Below, piece by piece: positions 17,815 to 29,524 of a stretch of DNA of 64,000 bases. The notes beneath the pieces are model-generated. The model was given only the letters and a program-made list of their open reading frames with translations, was not told the origin of the DNA and did no database searches. The stretch comes from Actinomycetota bacterium (GTDB lineage Bacteria > Actinomycetota > Acidimicrobiia > Spongiisociales > UBA11373): positions 21,824 through 85,823 of the forward strand of contig JAHLKU010000003.1 of assembly GCA_020444505.1 (NCBI GenBank), written 5' to 3'. Within the stretch, counting starts at the first letter, position 1. Every line of letters starts with the position of its first letter. A program made the position numbers and the translations under genes.

Positions 17815-19389
17815 ATGCCGGCCGAACACAGCGGTGACGCACCGGTCCTGCAGTTGCGGGAGATGACGAAGCGCTACGGCGAGGTCGTCGCGTGCGACCA
17901 CGTCGACCTCGACCTGCATCGCGGCGAGATCCACGGGATCCTCGGCGAGAACGGGGCGGGCAAGTCCACCCTCATGAAGATGGTCATCGGCCTGGCGCTG
18001 CCGGACGCCGGGACCATCCGCCTCGACGGGGAGGCGGTGCGCTTGCACGACCCCGTCCAGGCCGCCCGGCACGGCATCGGCATGGTCCACCAGCACTACA
18101 GCCTGGTGGGCGCCCTGACCGTGTGGGAGAACGTGGCGCTCGGAGAGAAGGGCGCCCTCGACCCCGGGTCCACCCGCGACCGGGTCGTCGAGATCACCGA
18201 GCGGTACGGCCTCGAGGTCGACCCGGACGCCTACGTCCGCGACCTCACCGCCGGCGTCCGCCAGCGGGTCGAGATCATCAAGTGCCTCCGTCACGAGCCG
18301 CGCATCATCATCCTGGACGAGCCCACCGCGGTGCTCACGCCGGCGGAGTCGGAGCACCTGTTCGAGGTGCTGGGCGAAGGCGTGCGGCGCGAGGGGTGGG
18401 CGGTGGCCCTGGTGAGCCACAAACTGGACGAGGTGCTCGCCGCCACCGATCGCATCACCATCATGCGCAACGGCCTGGTGGTGGACCGGGTGGCCACCGC
18501 GGACGCCGACGCCCACTCGCTCGCCAGGGAGATGGTGGGCCGCGAGGTCACCCTCCGCACCGGGGCGGCGGCGATCGGTTCGGTGGAGGCTCCCGCTGCG
18601 GCCGCCGGGGAGGCGGCAGAGGTGAAGGGCGAGCCGATCCTGGAGGTGCGCGACGCCGCCACCCGCGCCGCCGACGGCAGGGTGCTGCTCGACGGCCTCT
18701 CGCTGGAGGTGCACCCCGGCGAGGTGGTGGGTGTCGCCGGCGTCGAGGGGAACGGCCAGACGCCGCTGGTCAGGGTGCTGGAGAGCCTTCTCCGCCTGGA
18801 GACCGGCAGCGTCCGGGTGGACGGAGAGGAGATCCCCACCTGCAGGGCAGGTGCCATGGGGGCCGCCGGCATCGCCGTCATCCCCGCCGACCGGCACCAC
18901 TCGGGGTGCGTGCCCGACATGACGGTCGCCGAGAACCTGGTGCTCGGGTCGGTGGACCGGTTCGCCGAGTGGGGCCTGCTGAAGCGGGAGGACATCAAGG
19001 CGCACGCCAGGGTGCTGATCGAGGAGTTCGACATCCACTGCCCGTCGTGCGACACGCCGCTCGGCCAGTTGTCGGGCGGGAATCAGCAGCGGGTGGTGCT
19101 GGCCCAGGCCCTGTCGGTGGGCCCCAAAGTGCTGGTGGCCCACCAGCCCACCAGGGGCCTCGACGTCGGGGCCATCGAGTACATCGGGGGGCGCATCACG
19201 GCGGCCGCCGAGTCGGGGATCGGGGTGCTGCTCCTGTCCACCGACCTGGGCGAGATCGCCGCCCTCTCCGACCGCATCGTCGTCATCTACGAGGGCAGGA
19301 TCATCGGGGAGATGAGCCGGGCCGAGTTCGACATGGAGCGCCTCGGCCTGCTGATCGGCGGCTCCACCGCCGGGGAGGACGCCGCATGA
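17815..19389 (+). CDS. ABC transporter ATP-binding protein, two-domain (CUT2/nucleoside NupA type)
   Basis: GENGAGKST, GIGMVHQH, ILDEPTAVL, AGVEGNGQ, LSGGNQQR, HQPTRGLDVGA. Confidence 0.93.
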   Translation: MPAEHSGDAPVLQLREMTKRYGEVVACDHVDLDLHRGEIHGILGENGAGKSTLMKMVIGLALPDAGTIRLDGEAVRLHDPVQAARHGIGMVHQHYSLVGALTVWENVALGEKGALDPGSTRDRVVEITERYGLEVDPDAYVRDLTAGVRQRVEIIKCLRHEPRIIILDEPTAVLTPAESEHLFEVLGEGVRREGWAVALVSHKLDEVLAATDRITIMRNGLVVDRVATADADAHSLAREMVGREVTLRTGAAAIGSVEAPAAAAGEAAEVKGEPILEVRDAATRAADGRVLLDGLSLEVHPGEVVGVAGVEGNGQTPLVRVLESLLRLETGSVRVDGEEIPTCRAGAMGAAGIAVIPADRHHSGCVPDMTVAENLVLGSVDRFAEWGLLKREDIKAHARVLIEEFDIHCPSCDTPLGQLSGGNQQRVVLAQALSVGPKVLVAHQPTRGLDVGAIEYIGGRITAAAESGIGVLLLSTDLGEIAALSDRIVVIYEGRIIGEMSRAEFDMERLGLLIGGSTAGEDAA

Positions 19390-20495
19390 CCGCCCGCACC
19401 GACACGCTCCTCGACCCCAGGGTCCGCAGCGGGCTCGAGATGGCCGGGCTGTACGTGCTCAGCCTCGCCGGCGCCCTGCTGCTGTCCGGTCTGCTGGTGG
19501 CCGCCACCGGCAACTCGGCGTTCAAGGTGTTCGGCGCCCTCCTCGACGGCGCCTTCCTCGCCCCCGGCCGCTGGGGCCAGACCCTGGTCGTGGCCGCCCC
19601 GATGCTGCTGGTGGCGCTCGGCATGGTGGTCGGCGTCAAGGCCGGCTTCTTCAACATCGGCCAGGAGGGACAGCTGCTCATCGGCGCCATGGCCATGGCA
19701 TGGGTGGGCACCCGGTGGCCCGGCCCCGGCCCGCTGCTGCTGTTCGTGGGGCTGGCACTGTCGATGGCATTCGGGGGCGGCTGGGCCGGCCTCGCCGCGC
19801 TGATGCGATTCCGGCGGGGGGTCCCGGAGGTGATCTCGACGCTGCTGCTGGTGTTCGTCGCCGCGCAGTTCAGCGGGTACGCCATCACCGCCGACTGGCT
19901 GTTGCGGGACCTGGACACCACCGGCCCGACCCGGTCGGTGAGCAGCGCCCCGCTGGACGAGGCCATCCGGCTGCCGGTGCTCCGCATCTTCGGCAACGAG
20001 TTCAACTGGGGCATCGTCATCGCCCTGGCGCTGGCGGTGCTGCTCGCCGTGGCGCTGGTGCGGTCGGTATGGGGGTTCCGGCTCCGCATGCTGGGCCACA
20101 ACCCGGCCGTCGCCCAGAAGGCAGGCGTCGCCTCCACCCGCATGGGCAGCCTCGCCCTGTTCCTGTCCGGCGGGCTCGCCGGGCTGGCCGGGGCGGTGAT
20201 GCTGGCCGGCGGCTCGTCGGGCTTCCGGGTCACGTCGGGGTTCTCGCAGAACTTCGGGTGGCAGGGCCTGCTGGTGGCCCTGCTGGCCCGCAGCAGCCCG
20301 ATCCTGGCCATCCCGATGGCCATCGTGTTCGCCGCGCTCCGCACCGGGAGCGGCTTCCTGGCCGCCACCGGGGTGGACCGCAAGATCGTCGACGTGGTGC
20401 AGGCGTTGCTGGTGTTGGCGCTGCTGATCCCACCGGCGGTCCAGTTCATCCGCGATCGCCGCAAGGCGCTGGCGATGGCCGGAGAGGAGGCATAG
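19386..20495 (+). CDS. ABC transporter permease (nucleoside/NupB type)
   Basis: GFFNIGQEGQLLIG, EVISTLLL, GFRLRMLGHNP, GLLVALLAR; ATGA overlap. Confidence 0.9.
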   Translation: MTARTDTLLDPRVRSGLEMAGLYVLSLAGALLLSGLLVAATGNSAFKVFGALLDGAFLAPGRWGQTLVVAAPMLLVALGMVVGVKAGFFNIGQEGQLLIGAMAMAWVGTRWPGPGPLLLFVGLALSMAFGGGWAGLAALMRFRRGVPEVISTLLLVFVAAQFSGYAITADWLLRDLDTTGPTRSVSSAPLDEAIRLPVLRIFGNEFNWGIVIALALAVLLAVALVRSVWGFRLRMLGHNPAVAQKAGVASTRMGSLALFLSGGLAGLAGAVMLAGGSSGFRVTSGFSQNFGWQGLLVALLARSSPILAIPMAIVFAALRTGSGFLAATGVDRKIVDVVQALLVLALLIPPAVQFIRDRRKALAMAGEEA

Positions 20496-20496
20496 C

Positions 20497-21492
20497 GTGG
20501 GCGGGTTCTTCGAATCGCTGGGCGACCTCTTCCGGGCCCTGTTCGAGGTGTTCACCTCGGCGACCATGTACGGCAGCGCGGTGCGTCTCGGCGCCCTGCT
20601 GGCGTTCGCCGCGATCGGTGAGATGGTTGCCGAGAAGGCAGGCACCATCAACATCTCGGTGGAGGGCTCGCTGCTCGCCGGCGCCTTCACCGGCACGCTG
20701 GCCTACCACCAGACCGGCTCCACCGCCCTCGGCCTGCTGGCCGGGGTGGCCGGCGGGCTGATCATCTCCTGGATCCAGGCCAACATGAGCCATCGCCTCA
20801 CCGCCGACCAGTTCGTGGTGGGGCTCACCGCCAATGTGCTGGTGCTGGGCGTGGCCGGCTTCCTCAACGGCGTCATCGACCCGAAGGCGGCGAGCGCCGG
20901 GATCCTCGAGATCCCGCTGCTGTCGGACATCCCGTTGATCGGCCCCGCCCTGTTCGGGCAGCGCTGGCCGCTGTACCTGCTGTACCCGATCATCCCGCTG
21001 ACCTGGTGGCTGCTGTACCGCACCCGCTGGGGCCTGGAGGTGCGGGCGGTGGGGGAGAACCCGCAGGCCGCCGACGTGTCCGGCATCGACGTCAACAAGC
21101 GGCGGCGCCAGTCGATCTACTACGGCGGCATCCTCGCCGGCCTCGGCGGCGCGTTCATCGTGCTGGGCCCGATCGGGTCGTTCGAGACCGGCATCATCGG
21201 CGGGCGGGGCTTCATCGCCATCGCCGCCGTCTACTTCGGCGGATGGCGCCTCGGCGGCGTGGTGCTGGGGTCGTTCCTGTTCGGCCTGGCCGACGGGTTC
21301 CGCCTGGCGCTGCCGTCGGTGATCGCCAACGTGGACCCGCCGCTGGAGGGGGCGATGATCGACGGCCTCTCCAACGCCTCGTTCCTGGCGGCGCTGCCGT
21401 ACGTGCTGACCCTGCTGGTGATGTACCTGATCACCAAGGAGTTCCGCCAACCGGCGGCTCTGTCCCAGCCGTTCATCCGCGGGCTGCGGTAG
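20497..21492 (+). CDS. ABC transporter permease (nucleoside/NupC type)
   Basis: EKAGTINISVEG, GLEVRAVGENPQAAD, GRGFIAIAAV.FG.W, LPYVLTL. Confidence 0.9.
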   Translation: MGGFFESLGDLFRALFEVFTSATMYGSAVRLGALLAFAAIGEMVAEKAGTINISVEGSLLAGAFTGTLAYHQTGSTALGLLAGVAGGLIISWIQANMSHRLTADQFVVGLTANVLVLGVAGFLNGVIDPKAASAGILEIPLLSDIPLIGPALFGQRWPLYLLYPIIPLTWWLLYRTRWGLEVRAVGENPQAADVSGIDVNKRRRQSIYYGGILAGLGGAFIVLGPIGSFETGIIGGRGFIAIAAVYFGGWRLGGVVLGSFLFGLADGFRLALPSVIANVDPPLEGAMIDGLSNASFLAALPYVLTLLVMYLITKEFRQPAALSQPFIRGLR

Positions 21493-21574
21493 GAATCCAC
21501 CGGGAGTCGGGGTGGTGCCCCTCCCCCGGGGGACGGTGCACCGGACGTGCGGGCCCGCCCCGGAGGGCGCGCCC

Positions 21575-22348
21575 TCACCCTTCCAGGGCCAGCAGGGCCG
21601 CCCCGTGGGCGCCGGTCAACTGGGGATGCTCGGGGACGATCACCTCGGTGTCGAGCGCCTCGCCGATCATCGCCCGGACCCCGGCGTTGCGGGCCACGCC
21701 GCCCGACATCATCAGCGGCGGTTCCCAGCCGACGGTGCGGACCATGGCGACCAGGCGCACCGTCAGCGAGCGGTGGAGGCCCTTGAGGATGGCGTCCACC
21801 TCGGCGCCGCGGGCGAGCAGCGAGATGATCTCCGACTCGGCGAAGACGGTGCAGGTGGAGGTGATCTGCTCCTCGCTGCCGGGGGCAGCCACCCGGCCGC
21901 CGAGGTCGGCGACGTCCAGGCCGAGGCGGCCGGCGGTGTACTCCAGGAACCGGCCGGTGCCGGCGGCGCACTTGTCGTTCATCACGAAGTCCGCCGGCCG
22001 GCCGTCGGGGCCGATGCGGATGACCTTGCTGTCCTGGCCGCCGATGTCCACCAGGGTCCCGGCCCGGCCCAGGTCGTCGAACACGCCCCTGGCGTGGCAC
22101 GTGATCTCGGTGACCCGCCGGTCGGCGCACTCCACCAGGCGGCGGCCGTAGCCGGTGGCGACGCAGCGGGCGCCGGGGGCCACGTCGTGGGCGGAGCGCA
22201 GGCCGTCGAGCATCGCCGCCGTCTGGTCGGCGATGCGGGGGAGGGCCTGCTCCAGGGCGGTGGCGACGACGGCGCCGGAGGGGTCCACCGCCACCGCCTT
22301 GCAGGTGGTGGACCCGGCGTCGATGCCGATGCCGGCGATGGCGGTCAC
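21575..22348 (-). CDS. 2-hydroxyacyl-CoA dehydratase activator ATPase (HgdC/HadI; BadF/BadG/BcrA/BcrD family)
   Basis: [71 protein letters not shown] overlap. Confidence 0.93.
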   Translation of the reverse strand: MTAIAGIGIDAGSTTCKAVAVDPSGAVVATALEQALPRIADQTAAMLDGLRSAHDVAPGARCVATGYGRRLVECADRRVTEITCHARGVFDDLGRAGTLVDIGGQDSKVIRIGPDGRPADFVMNDKCAAGTGRFLEYTAGRLGLDVADLGGRVAAPGSEEQITSTCTVFAESEIISLLARGAEVDAILKGLHRSLTVRLVAMVRTVGWEPPLMMSGGVARNAGVRAMIGEALDTEVIVPEHPQLTGAHGAALLALEG

Positions 22349-23655
22349 GACATCATCTCCACGAACGCCTCCAGGCGGGTGGTGGCCTGCTCCTCGGCGT
22401 AGGAGCGAGGGTCGTTGTGGTCGGCCTCCAGCAGCAGCGCAGGCACCCCCACGTCGGCGACCAGCCGGTCGCGCTGGTCGATCTGGCCCAGCGAGTACGG
22501 CTTGCACGACCGGTCGCTGTGCAGGATCACCCCGTCGATGGAGAACTCCTCCACCATGCGGCGCATCGCCGCCAGTTTGTGGCCGGTGGAGCGGTTGAGG
22601 ATCGGGTGCAGGTACACCCGGGCCATCGCCTCGAACGGCTCGGCCGGGTCCATCATCTCGGCCAGTTCGCCCCAGGCATGGGTGTAGGTGCTGGCCACCA
22701 CGTTCACGCCCCGCTCCGCCAGCCAGCGCGACAGCGGGCCGATGCGGTACCAGATGGGGAGGTTGTCCCACAGCACCCGGAGCCGCTCGTCCTTCACCGC
22801 CCCGACGCCCCGTGCGATGCGCTCGTCCAGTTCGGCCAGCAGCGACTCGTAGAAGGCCACGGTGGCCTGGTCGCCGCGCAGGTCGACGATCGGGCCCAGG
22901 TTCACGAACGAGTCGAAGGCGGTCAGCGGCGACGGGCGGTGGCGGGCCCGCTCCAGGATCTCCAGCCACAGGTCGCTGGCCTGCTTCGCCCTCGCCACCA
23001 CCGCCGTGAACCCGTCGAGCGAGAACTCCCGGCCGGCCGCCGCCTCGGCGGCCGGCACCATGTCCTCCAGCTGCCGCCGCACGAAGTCCACCTGGTGCGG
23101 CTCGGCGGCGTCGCCGTACAGGAACGGGGTGTCCACCAGCACCAGGGGGCAGCCGAAGTGGTCGGCGAGCACCCGGTACCAGTAGAGGACCGTCTGACAG
23201 ATGTTCGTGCAGCACAGCAGCAGGTCGGGCGGTGGGAGGCTTCCCACCGGCGTGTCGCCCGACAGCAGCGAGCCGAGGTCGGTGCGGGCGTACGAGCAGA
23301 GGTCGCGGGAGTACCCGGCGTCCTCGGCGGCCGACGACAGCGCCTCGGCCCGGCGGCGGGCCCCGCACAGCGCGGCGTGGTTCTCGGGGTAGACCAGGTG
23401 GTACCCGAGCGCCTTCAGGATCTCGGTGGGCGCCCCGCTCGTCACCCATGCCACCGGCCTGCTGCCCGACACCGAGCGGCCCGCCAGGTAGTGGCGGCTC
23501 ATCATCTCCCGCATGCGGATGGTGCTGCGCAACGGCGGGTTGAGGGGGCTGCCGGGGTCGGGCGCCCGCCGGTCGTAGCGGCGCTCGGCCCGCCACCGCT
23601 GCACCCGCAGGGCCGCCGACCCGGCGCCGAGGCGGAGGCGGTGGCCCATCGTCAT
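22345..23655 (-). CDS. 2-hydroxyacyl-CoA dehydratase alpha-type subunit (HgdA/HadB-like, [4Fe-4S])
   Basis: [62 protein letters not shown]. Confidence 0.88.
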   Translation of the reverse strand: MTMGHRLRLGAGSAALRVQRWRAERRYDRRAPDPGSPLNPPLRSTIRMREMMSRHYLAGRSVSGSRPVAWVTSGAPTEILKALGYHLVYPENHAALCGARRRAEALSSAAEDAGYSRDLCSYARTDLGSLLSGDTPVGSLPPPDLLLCCTNICQTVLYWYRVLADHFGCPLVLVDTPFLYGDAAEPHQVDFVRRQLEDMVPAAEAAAGREFSLDGFTAVVARAKQASDLWLEILERARHRPSPLTAFDSFVNLGPIVDLRGDQATVAFYESLLAELDERIARGVGAVKDERLRVLWDNLPIWYRIGPLSRWLAERGVNVVASTYTHAWGELAEMMDPAEPFEAMARVYLHPILNRSTGHKLAAMRRMVEEFSIDGVILHSDRSCKPYSLGQIDQRDRLVADVGVPALLLEADHNDPRSYAEEQATTRLEAFVEMMS

Positions 23656-24728
23656 GCCAGCGTCTCCACGAACGCCTCGATGCGGGTGATCACCCGGTGC
23701 CCCAGCTCGCCGCCCAGCTCCACCTCGACGTGGGCCACGGGGTAGCCGGCGTCGCCCAGGTGGCGGCGCAGCAGCGGCACGTCGAACAGCTCCGGCTCGC
23801 AGAACGCCACGTCGTAGATCAGCATCCCCTTCGCCCCGGCGGCCGCCATCCGCCCGGCCAGCGCCGCGGCGCGCGCGGCGATCGGCGTGCCCCGGGTGGG
23901 GTCGGGCGGGGAGCCGAGCAGGCGGTCGGCCAGGCGCTCGATCGGGTCGGCGGCGTCCGACGGCGGGTAGAGGCGCCGCGCCCCGGCGGCCAGGTCGTCG
24001 GCCACCACCCGGGCCCCCGCCTCGGCCAGGTGGTCGAACAGGCTCATCGGCTCCGGCACGATGCCCGACAGCAACAGCCCGATCCCGCTCGGCGCCGTGC
24101 CGCGGGGCACGGCGGCCGCCGCCTCCACGAACTCCTCGGCGGCCAGGTACTCGCGGCTGCGGACCACCTCGTAGAACTCACGGTCGCCCACCGCCAGTGC
24201 CTCCCGGTCCCGGTAGAGGGCCGCCAGCGTCTCGTCGGCCGCCTCCTCGGCGGCGAGCGCATCCGCCCAGCCGGCATCGGTGGGCCGCCCCCCGGCGATC
24301 CCAGCCAGGCGGTCCGACAGCCGGCGCAACTCGGCGACCAGGTACTCGCGGTCGGTGGGCCGGCCCGCCCGGGGCAGGTACAGGGTCAGGACGTGCTGGG
24401 AGGGCTGCAGGAAGTCGCCGGCCACCGACCCCATGCCCTGCAGCGCGTCGCAGGTGTGGGGGACCAGCAGCACGCCGGCCCGCTCCAGGCCGCCCCGCAG
24501 CAGGAACGACGTCGCCCGCACCACGATGTCGCAGGTGTACGCCTGGAAGTGGCGGCCGCCCTCGTCCCGGGGCACGCCCGGCGGCCCCCACACCTCCACC
24601 GGGTGGAAGCCGTGTGCCCGCAGCAGGGCCCTCGGGTAGTGGTAGGGGAGCACGGCGGCGATCCGCTGCCCGCGCGCCTCGGCCCGGGCGATCGCCTCGC
24701 TGCGGCTGGGCCTGTGGGTGACGGTCAC
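23652..24728 (-). CDS. 2-hydroxyacyl-CoA dehydratase beta-type subunit (HgdB/HadC-like)
   Basis: [40 protein letters not shown]; translationally coupled to the alpha subunit. Confidence 0.85.
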   Translation of the reverse strand: MTVTHRPSRSEAIARAEARGQRIAAVLPYHYPRALLRAHGFHPVEVWGPPGVPRDEGGRHFQAYTCDIVVRATSFLLRGGLERAGVLLVPHTCDALQGMGSVAGDFLQPSQHVLTLYLPRAGRPTDREYLVAELRRLSDRLAGIAGGRPTDAGWADALAAEEAADETLAALYRDREALAVGDREFYEVVRSREYLAAEEFVEAAAAVPRGTAPSGIGLLLSGIVPEPMSLFDHLAEAGARVVADDLAAGARRLYPPSDAADPIERLADRLLGSPPDPTRGTPIAARAAALAGRMAAAGAKGMLIYDVAFCEPELFDVPLLRRHLGDAGYPVAHVEVELGGELGHRVITRIEAFVETLA

Positions 24729-24847
24729 GGCCTCCCCTCGGTCGGCGCCATTCTGGCGCAGCGGGCGGCGCGGTGTGGGAGCGGGCGCATACGCGGGCGG
24801 CCTGCGGGGCGGGTAGGGTGCGGCCGAAACGACCAGGAGGGACGGCG

Positions 24848-25788
<941 letters not shown>

Positions 25789-25789
<1 letters not shown>

Positions 25790-26979
25790 TGCGCGCCGCC
25801 GTCCTGATCGCGCTCAAGGACCTGCGCCAGCGGGTGCGGGACAAGAGCTTCTTCCTGTGGGGGATCGTCGCCCCGGTCGGCCTGGCCGCCATCTTCAGCC
25901 TGCTGCTCGGCAGCGTGGCCGACGGCGACTCGATCAGCACCACCTTCGGGGCGGTGGACCTCGACGGCGGCGAGCAGGGCCGGGTGTTCGTCGAGGAGGT
26001 GCTGGGCGCCGTCGAGGACGCCGGGGTGGTGGACGGCATCGAGGTGTACGGCTCGCGGGACGCGGCCGAAGCGGAGGTGAGCACGGGCGCCCTGGATGCC
26101 GCGTTCGTGATCCCGGAGGGCTTCACCGCCGCCGTCGCCTCCGGCGGCGAGACCGCCATCGAGGTGATCGGCTACATCGACAGCCCCATCGGCACCGAGG
26201 TGGCCCGGTCGATCGCCACCCGGTACGTGGGCGAGGTCAACGGGGTCGGCGCCGCCATCGGCACGGTCGCCGCCCTCGAAGGGGCGATGCCGTCCCAGGC
26301 GGATCTCGACGAGATGGTGTCGGGGATCCTGCAGATCTCCTCGCCGCTGCGGGTGGGCACGATCGAGGCGGCCGACAAGGAACTCGAGTCGTCCACCTTC
26401 TACTCGGCGGCCATGGCGGTGATGTTCCTGTTCCTGATCGTGCAGTTCGGCGTGCTCGGCCTGCTGGAGGAGCGCGAGAACGGCACGCTCAACCGCCTCC
26501 TGGCCGCCCCGATGCGGCGGTTCTCGGTGGTGCTGGGCAAGGCGCTCACCTCGTTCACCATCGGCGTGCTGTCGATGACGGCGGTCATCGTCATCACCAC
26601 CTTCGCCCTCGGCGCCGACTGGGGCGACCCGATCGGCGTGGCGGTGCTGGTGCTGGCCGGGGTCATCGCCGCCCTCGGCCTGATGATGATGGTGGCGGCG
26701 TTCGCCAGGACGGCGGAGCAGGCGGCGAACCTGCAGGCGATCTTCGGGTTCCTGCTGGCCATGCTGGGCGGCGCGTTCTTCCCCGTGGCCGCGGCCGGCG
26801 GGCTCGTCGAGACGCTGAGCAAGATCACCCCGCACGCATGGTTCCTGCGGGGCCTCGGCGACCTCGCCGGCGGTGCCGGGCTCTCGGGCATCGTCGGGGC
26901 GCTGTGGCCGATCCTGCTGTTCGCCGCCGTCACCGGCGGTCTGGCGGCGATCCGCCTGCGGAAGGTGGTGGCGCCGTGA
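25789..26979 (+). CDS. ABC-2 exporter permease
   Basis: N-terminal TM, extracellular domain, EERENGTLNRLLAAP, GGAFFP, TPHAW. Confidence 0.9.
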
Positions 26980-28151
26980 CCAAGGTGCTCGCCATCGGGG
27001 TGGTCAACACGAAGCGGTTCCTGCGGGAGAAGGCCAACCTGTTCTTCGTGTTCGTGTTCCCGATCCTGATCGTGCTGATGATCGGGGCCTTCTTCGGCGG
27101 CGGGCTCAGCTCCACGGTGGGCGTGTACGCCCCCGGCGACGGGGAGCTGTCGAAGGCGCTGGTGCAGGGCATCGACGACCTCGAAGAGGTGAAGGTGCGC
27201 GAGTACGGCAGCGAGGCGGCCCTGATCGACGGGGTGCAGCGCGGCGGGGTGCAGGGCGGCCTGGTGGTGCCCGCCGACTACGACGAGCGCCTCGCCGCAG
27301 GCGAGACGGTCGAGGTCGGGTACGTGGCCAGGCCGGACCAGACCGGCATCCTGCTGGGCGAGACCGTGAACGGCGTGGTGCAGCGGCAGGCCAACCTGGT
27401 GCGCGCCGCGCGGTTCGCCGCCGCCCGCGCCGGCGTCCCCTACGAGGACGCCCTGCCGGTGGCGATGGTGGTGGCGCCCGGCACCGAGCGGGTGACGGTG
27501 ACCACCACCGAAGCCGGCGCCGAGGACTCGCTGACCGCCGAGTTCGAGGGGCTGGGCGCCTTCGACCTCGGCGCGCACCAGGAGCTGATCCTGTTCATGT
27601 TCCTCACCTCGCTGGCGGGCTCGGCGGCCCTCATCCAGACCCGGCAACTGGGCGTGGCGCGCCGGATGCTGTCCACCCCCACCGGCACCGGCACGATCCT
27701 GGCGGGGGAGACGCTCGGCCGCTTCAACGTCGCGCTGGTGCAGGGCCTCTACATCGTCGGTGGCACGGTGCTGCTGTTCCGGGTGGACTGGGGCGACCCG
27801 CTGGGTGCCCTGGCCGTGGTGGTGGCGTTCTCGCTGGTCGGGGCGGCCGCCGGCATCCTGATGGGGGCGGTGTTCAGCAACGACTCGCAGGCGGGCGGCC
27901 TGGGCGTCCTCATCGGCCTCGGCCTGGCGGCGCTCGGGGGGTGCATGGTCCCGATCGAGATCTTCCCCGCCGGCATGCAGGCGGTGGCGAGGGCGACCCC
28001 GCACGCCTGGGCGGTGGACGCCTTCTCCGAGATGGTGCGGCGTGACGGGGGCCTCGTCGACATCCTGCCCAACCTGGGCGTGCTGCTGGCCTTCGCCGCC
28101 GTGCTGATGCTGCTCGGGACCTGGCGCCTGCGGCGGGTGCTGACCCGGTAG
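26976..28151 (+). CDS. ABC-2 exporter permease
   Basis: FFVFVFPILIVL, RRMLSTP, LGGCMVPIE, TPHAWAVD; GTGA overlap. Confidence 0.9.
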   Translation: MTKVLAIGVVNTKRFLREKANLFFVFVFPILIVLMIGAFFGGGLSSTVGVYAPGDGELSKALVQGIDDLEEVKVREYGSEAALIDGVQRGGVQGGLVVPADYDERLAAGETVEVGYVARPDQTGILLGETVNGVVQRQANLVRAARFAAARAGVPYEDALPVAMVVAPGTERVTVTTTEAGAEDSLTAEFEGLGAFDLGAHQELILFMFLTSLAGSAALIQTRQLGVARRMLSTPTGTGTILAGETLGRFNVALVQGLYIVGGTVLLFRVDWGDPLGALAVVVAFSLVGAAAGILMGAVFSNDSQAGGLGVLIGLGLAALGGCMVPIEIFPAGMQAVARATPHAWAVDAFSEMVRRDGGLVDILPNLGVLLAFAAVLMLLGTWRLRRVLTR

Positions 28152-28257
28152 CGCCGGATCGGCGGCCGGGCGGCCCGCCCCTGGTACCGTGACGGCGGCT
28201 CCCGGCCCCCCGTATCACCTCGCGGGCCCGGTGCCGCCCCTCACAGGATGGATGACG

Positions 28258-29487
28258 ATGACCAGCAACGACCGGCCGACCTTCGGTGACCTCGGCGTGG
28301 CGGACGACCTCGTCGAGGCCCTCGCCGGGACGGGCATCACCGAGCCCTTCCCGATCCAGGCGCTGACGATCCCCGACGCCATGGCCGGCCGCGATGTCTG
28401 CGGCCAGGCGCAGACCGGGTCGGGGAAGACCCTCGCCTTCGGCCTGCCCCTGGTGGAGCGGGCCCGTCCGGCGGCGCCGTCGGCGCCGACGGCGCTGGTG
28501 CTGGTGCCGACCCGTGAGCTGTGCCTGCAGGTGGCCGCCGAGGTGGGCCGCCTCGCCGGGGCGCGCGGCCTGGGCCTCGCCGCCGTGTACGGCGGCGCCC
28601 CCATGTCGGGCCAGATCAAGAAGGTGCGCGACGCCGCGGTGGTGGTGGCCACGCCCGGCCGCCTCATCGACATGGCCGACCGCCGCCACCTCTCGCTCGC
28701 CGACGTCGGCATCGTCGTGGTGGACGAGGCCGACCAGATGGCCGACATGGGCTTCCTGCCGCAGGTGCACGCCGTGATGCGCCTGGTCGGCGGCGGCCAC
28801 CAGACGATGCTGTTCTCGGCCACGCTCGACGGCGCGGTGGGGGCGCTGATCCGTTCCTACATGGACGACCCGGTCCGCTACGAGGCGCCCGACAGCGAGG
28901 AGGTGGTGGACACGCAGGAGCACCGCTTCCTGCAGGTGCACTACATGGACAAGCCGAGGGTGGTGGCCGCCATCGCCGAGCACGTGGACCGCGTGCTGGT
29001 GTTCGTCGGCACCAAGCGCAACGCCGACCGGGTGTCCTCAGATCTCCGCGCCGAGGGGGTGGACGCCACCGCCATCCACGGCGATCGGCGCCAGAGCGAC
29101 CGCGAGAAGGCCCTGAGCCGGTTCTCGAAGGGAGACCTGAAGGTGCTCGTCGCCACGAACGTCGCCGCCAGGGGCCTGCACATCGACGACGTGGACGTGG
29201 TGATCCACTACGACCCACCGCAGGACTACAAGAGCTTCATCCACCGCTCCGGGCGCACCGCCCGGGCCGGCGAGGAGGGCCTGGTGGTCACGCTGGTGGA
29301 GTGGGACCAGATCCAGGAGGTGGAGCGCCTGCAGCGCGCCTCCGGCCTCCACCAGGAGATCGTCAAGATGTACAGCAACGACCCCCGCCTCGCCGATCTG
29401 GTGGCCTTCGAACCTCCCCGCCGTGAGTTCAAGCGGGCCAGCGACGCCGACCTGTCTCGCAGGGCCGGCCGCCGCCGGAGGCGCTGA
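28258..29487 (+). CDS. DEAD-box RNA helicase
   Basis: Q-motif PFPIQ, AQTGSGKT, PTREL, TPGR, DEAD, SAT, ARGLHI, HRSGRTAR; start is approximate (28252 or 28258). Confidence 0.93.
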   Translation: MTSNDRPTFGDLGVADDLVEALAGTGITEPFPIQALTIPDAMAGRDVCGQAQTGSGKTLAFGLPLVERARPAAPSAPTALVLVPTRELCLQVAAEVGRLAGARGLGLAAVYGGAPMSGQIKKVRDAAVVVATPGRLIDMADRRHLSLADVGIVVVDEADQMADMGFLPQVHAVMRLVGGGHQTMLFSATLDGAVGALIRSYMDDPVRYEAPDSEEVVDTQEHRFLQVHYMDKPRVVAAIAEHVDRVLVFVGTKRNADRVSSDLRAEGVDATAIHGDRRQSDREKALSRFSKGDLKVLVATNVAARGLHIDDVDVVIHYDPPQDYKSFIHRSGRTARAGEEGLVVTLVEWDQIQEVERLQRASGLHQEIVKMYSNDPRLADLVAFEPPRREFKRASDADLSRRAGRRRRR

Positions 29488-29524
29488 CGCCACGCGGCGG
29501 CGTCCGAGCCGCGAGAATCCCGCC

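Noticed and set aside
21575..24728. Assignment as benzoyl-CoA reductase
   Set aside because: Motifs (HSDRSCK, single activator) fit HadB/HgdA-type dehydratases better and no aromatic-degradation genes are nearby; not fully excluded without phylogeny
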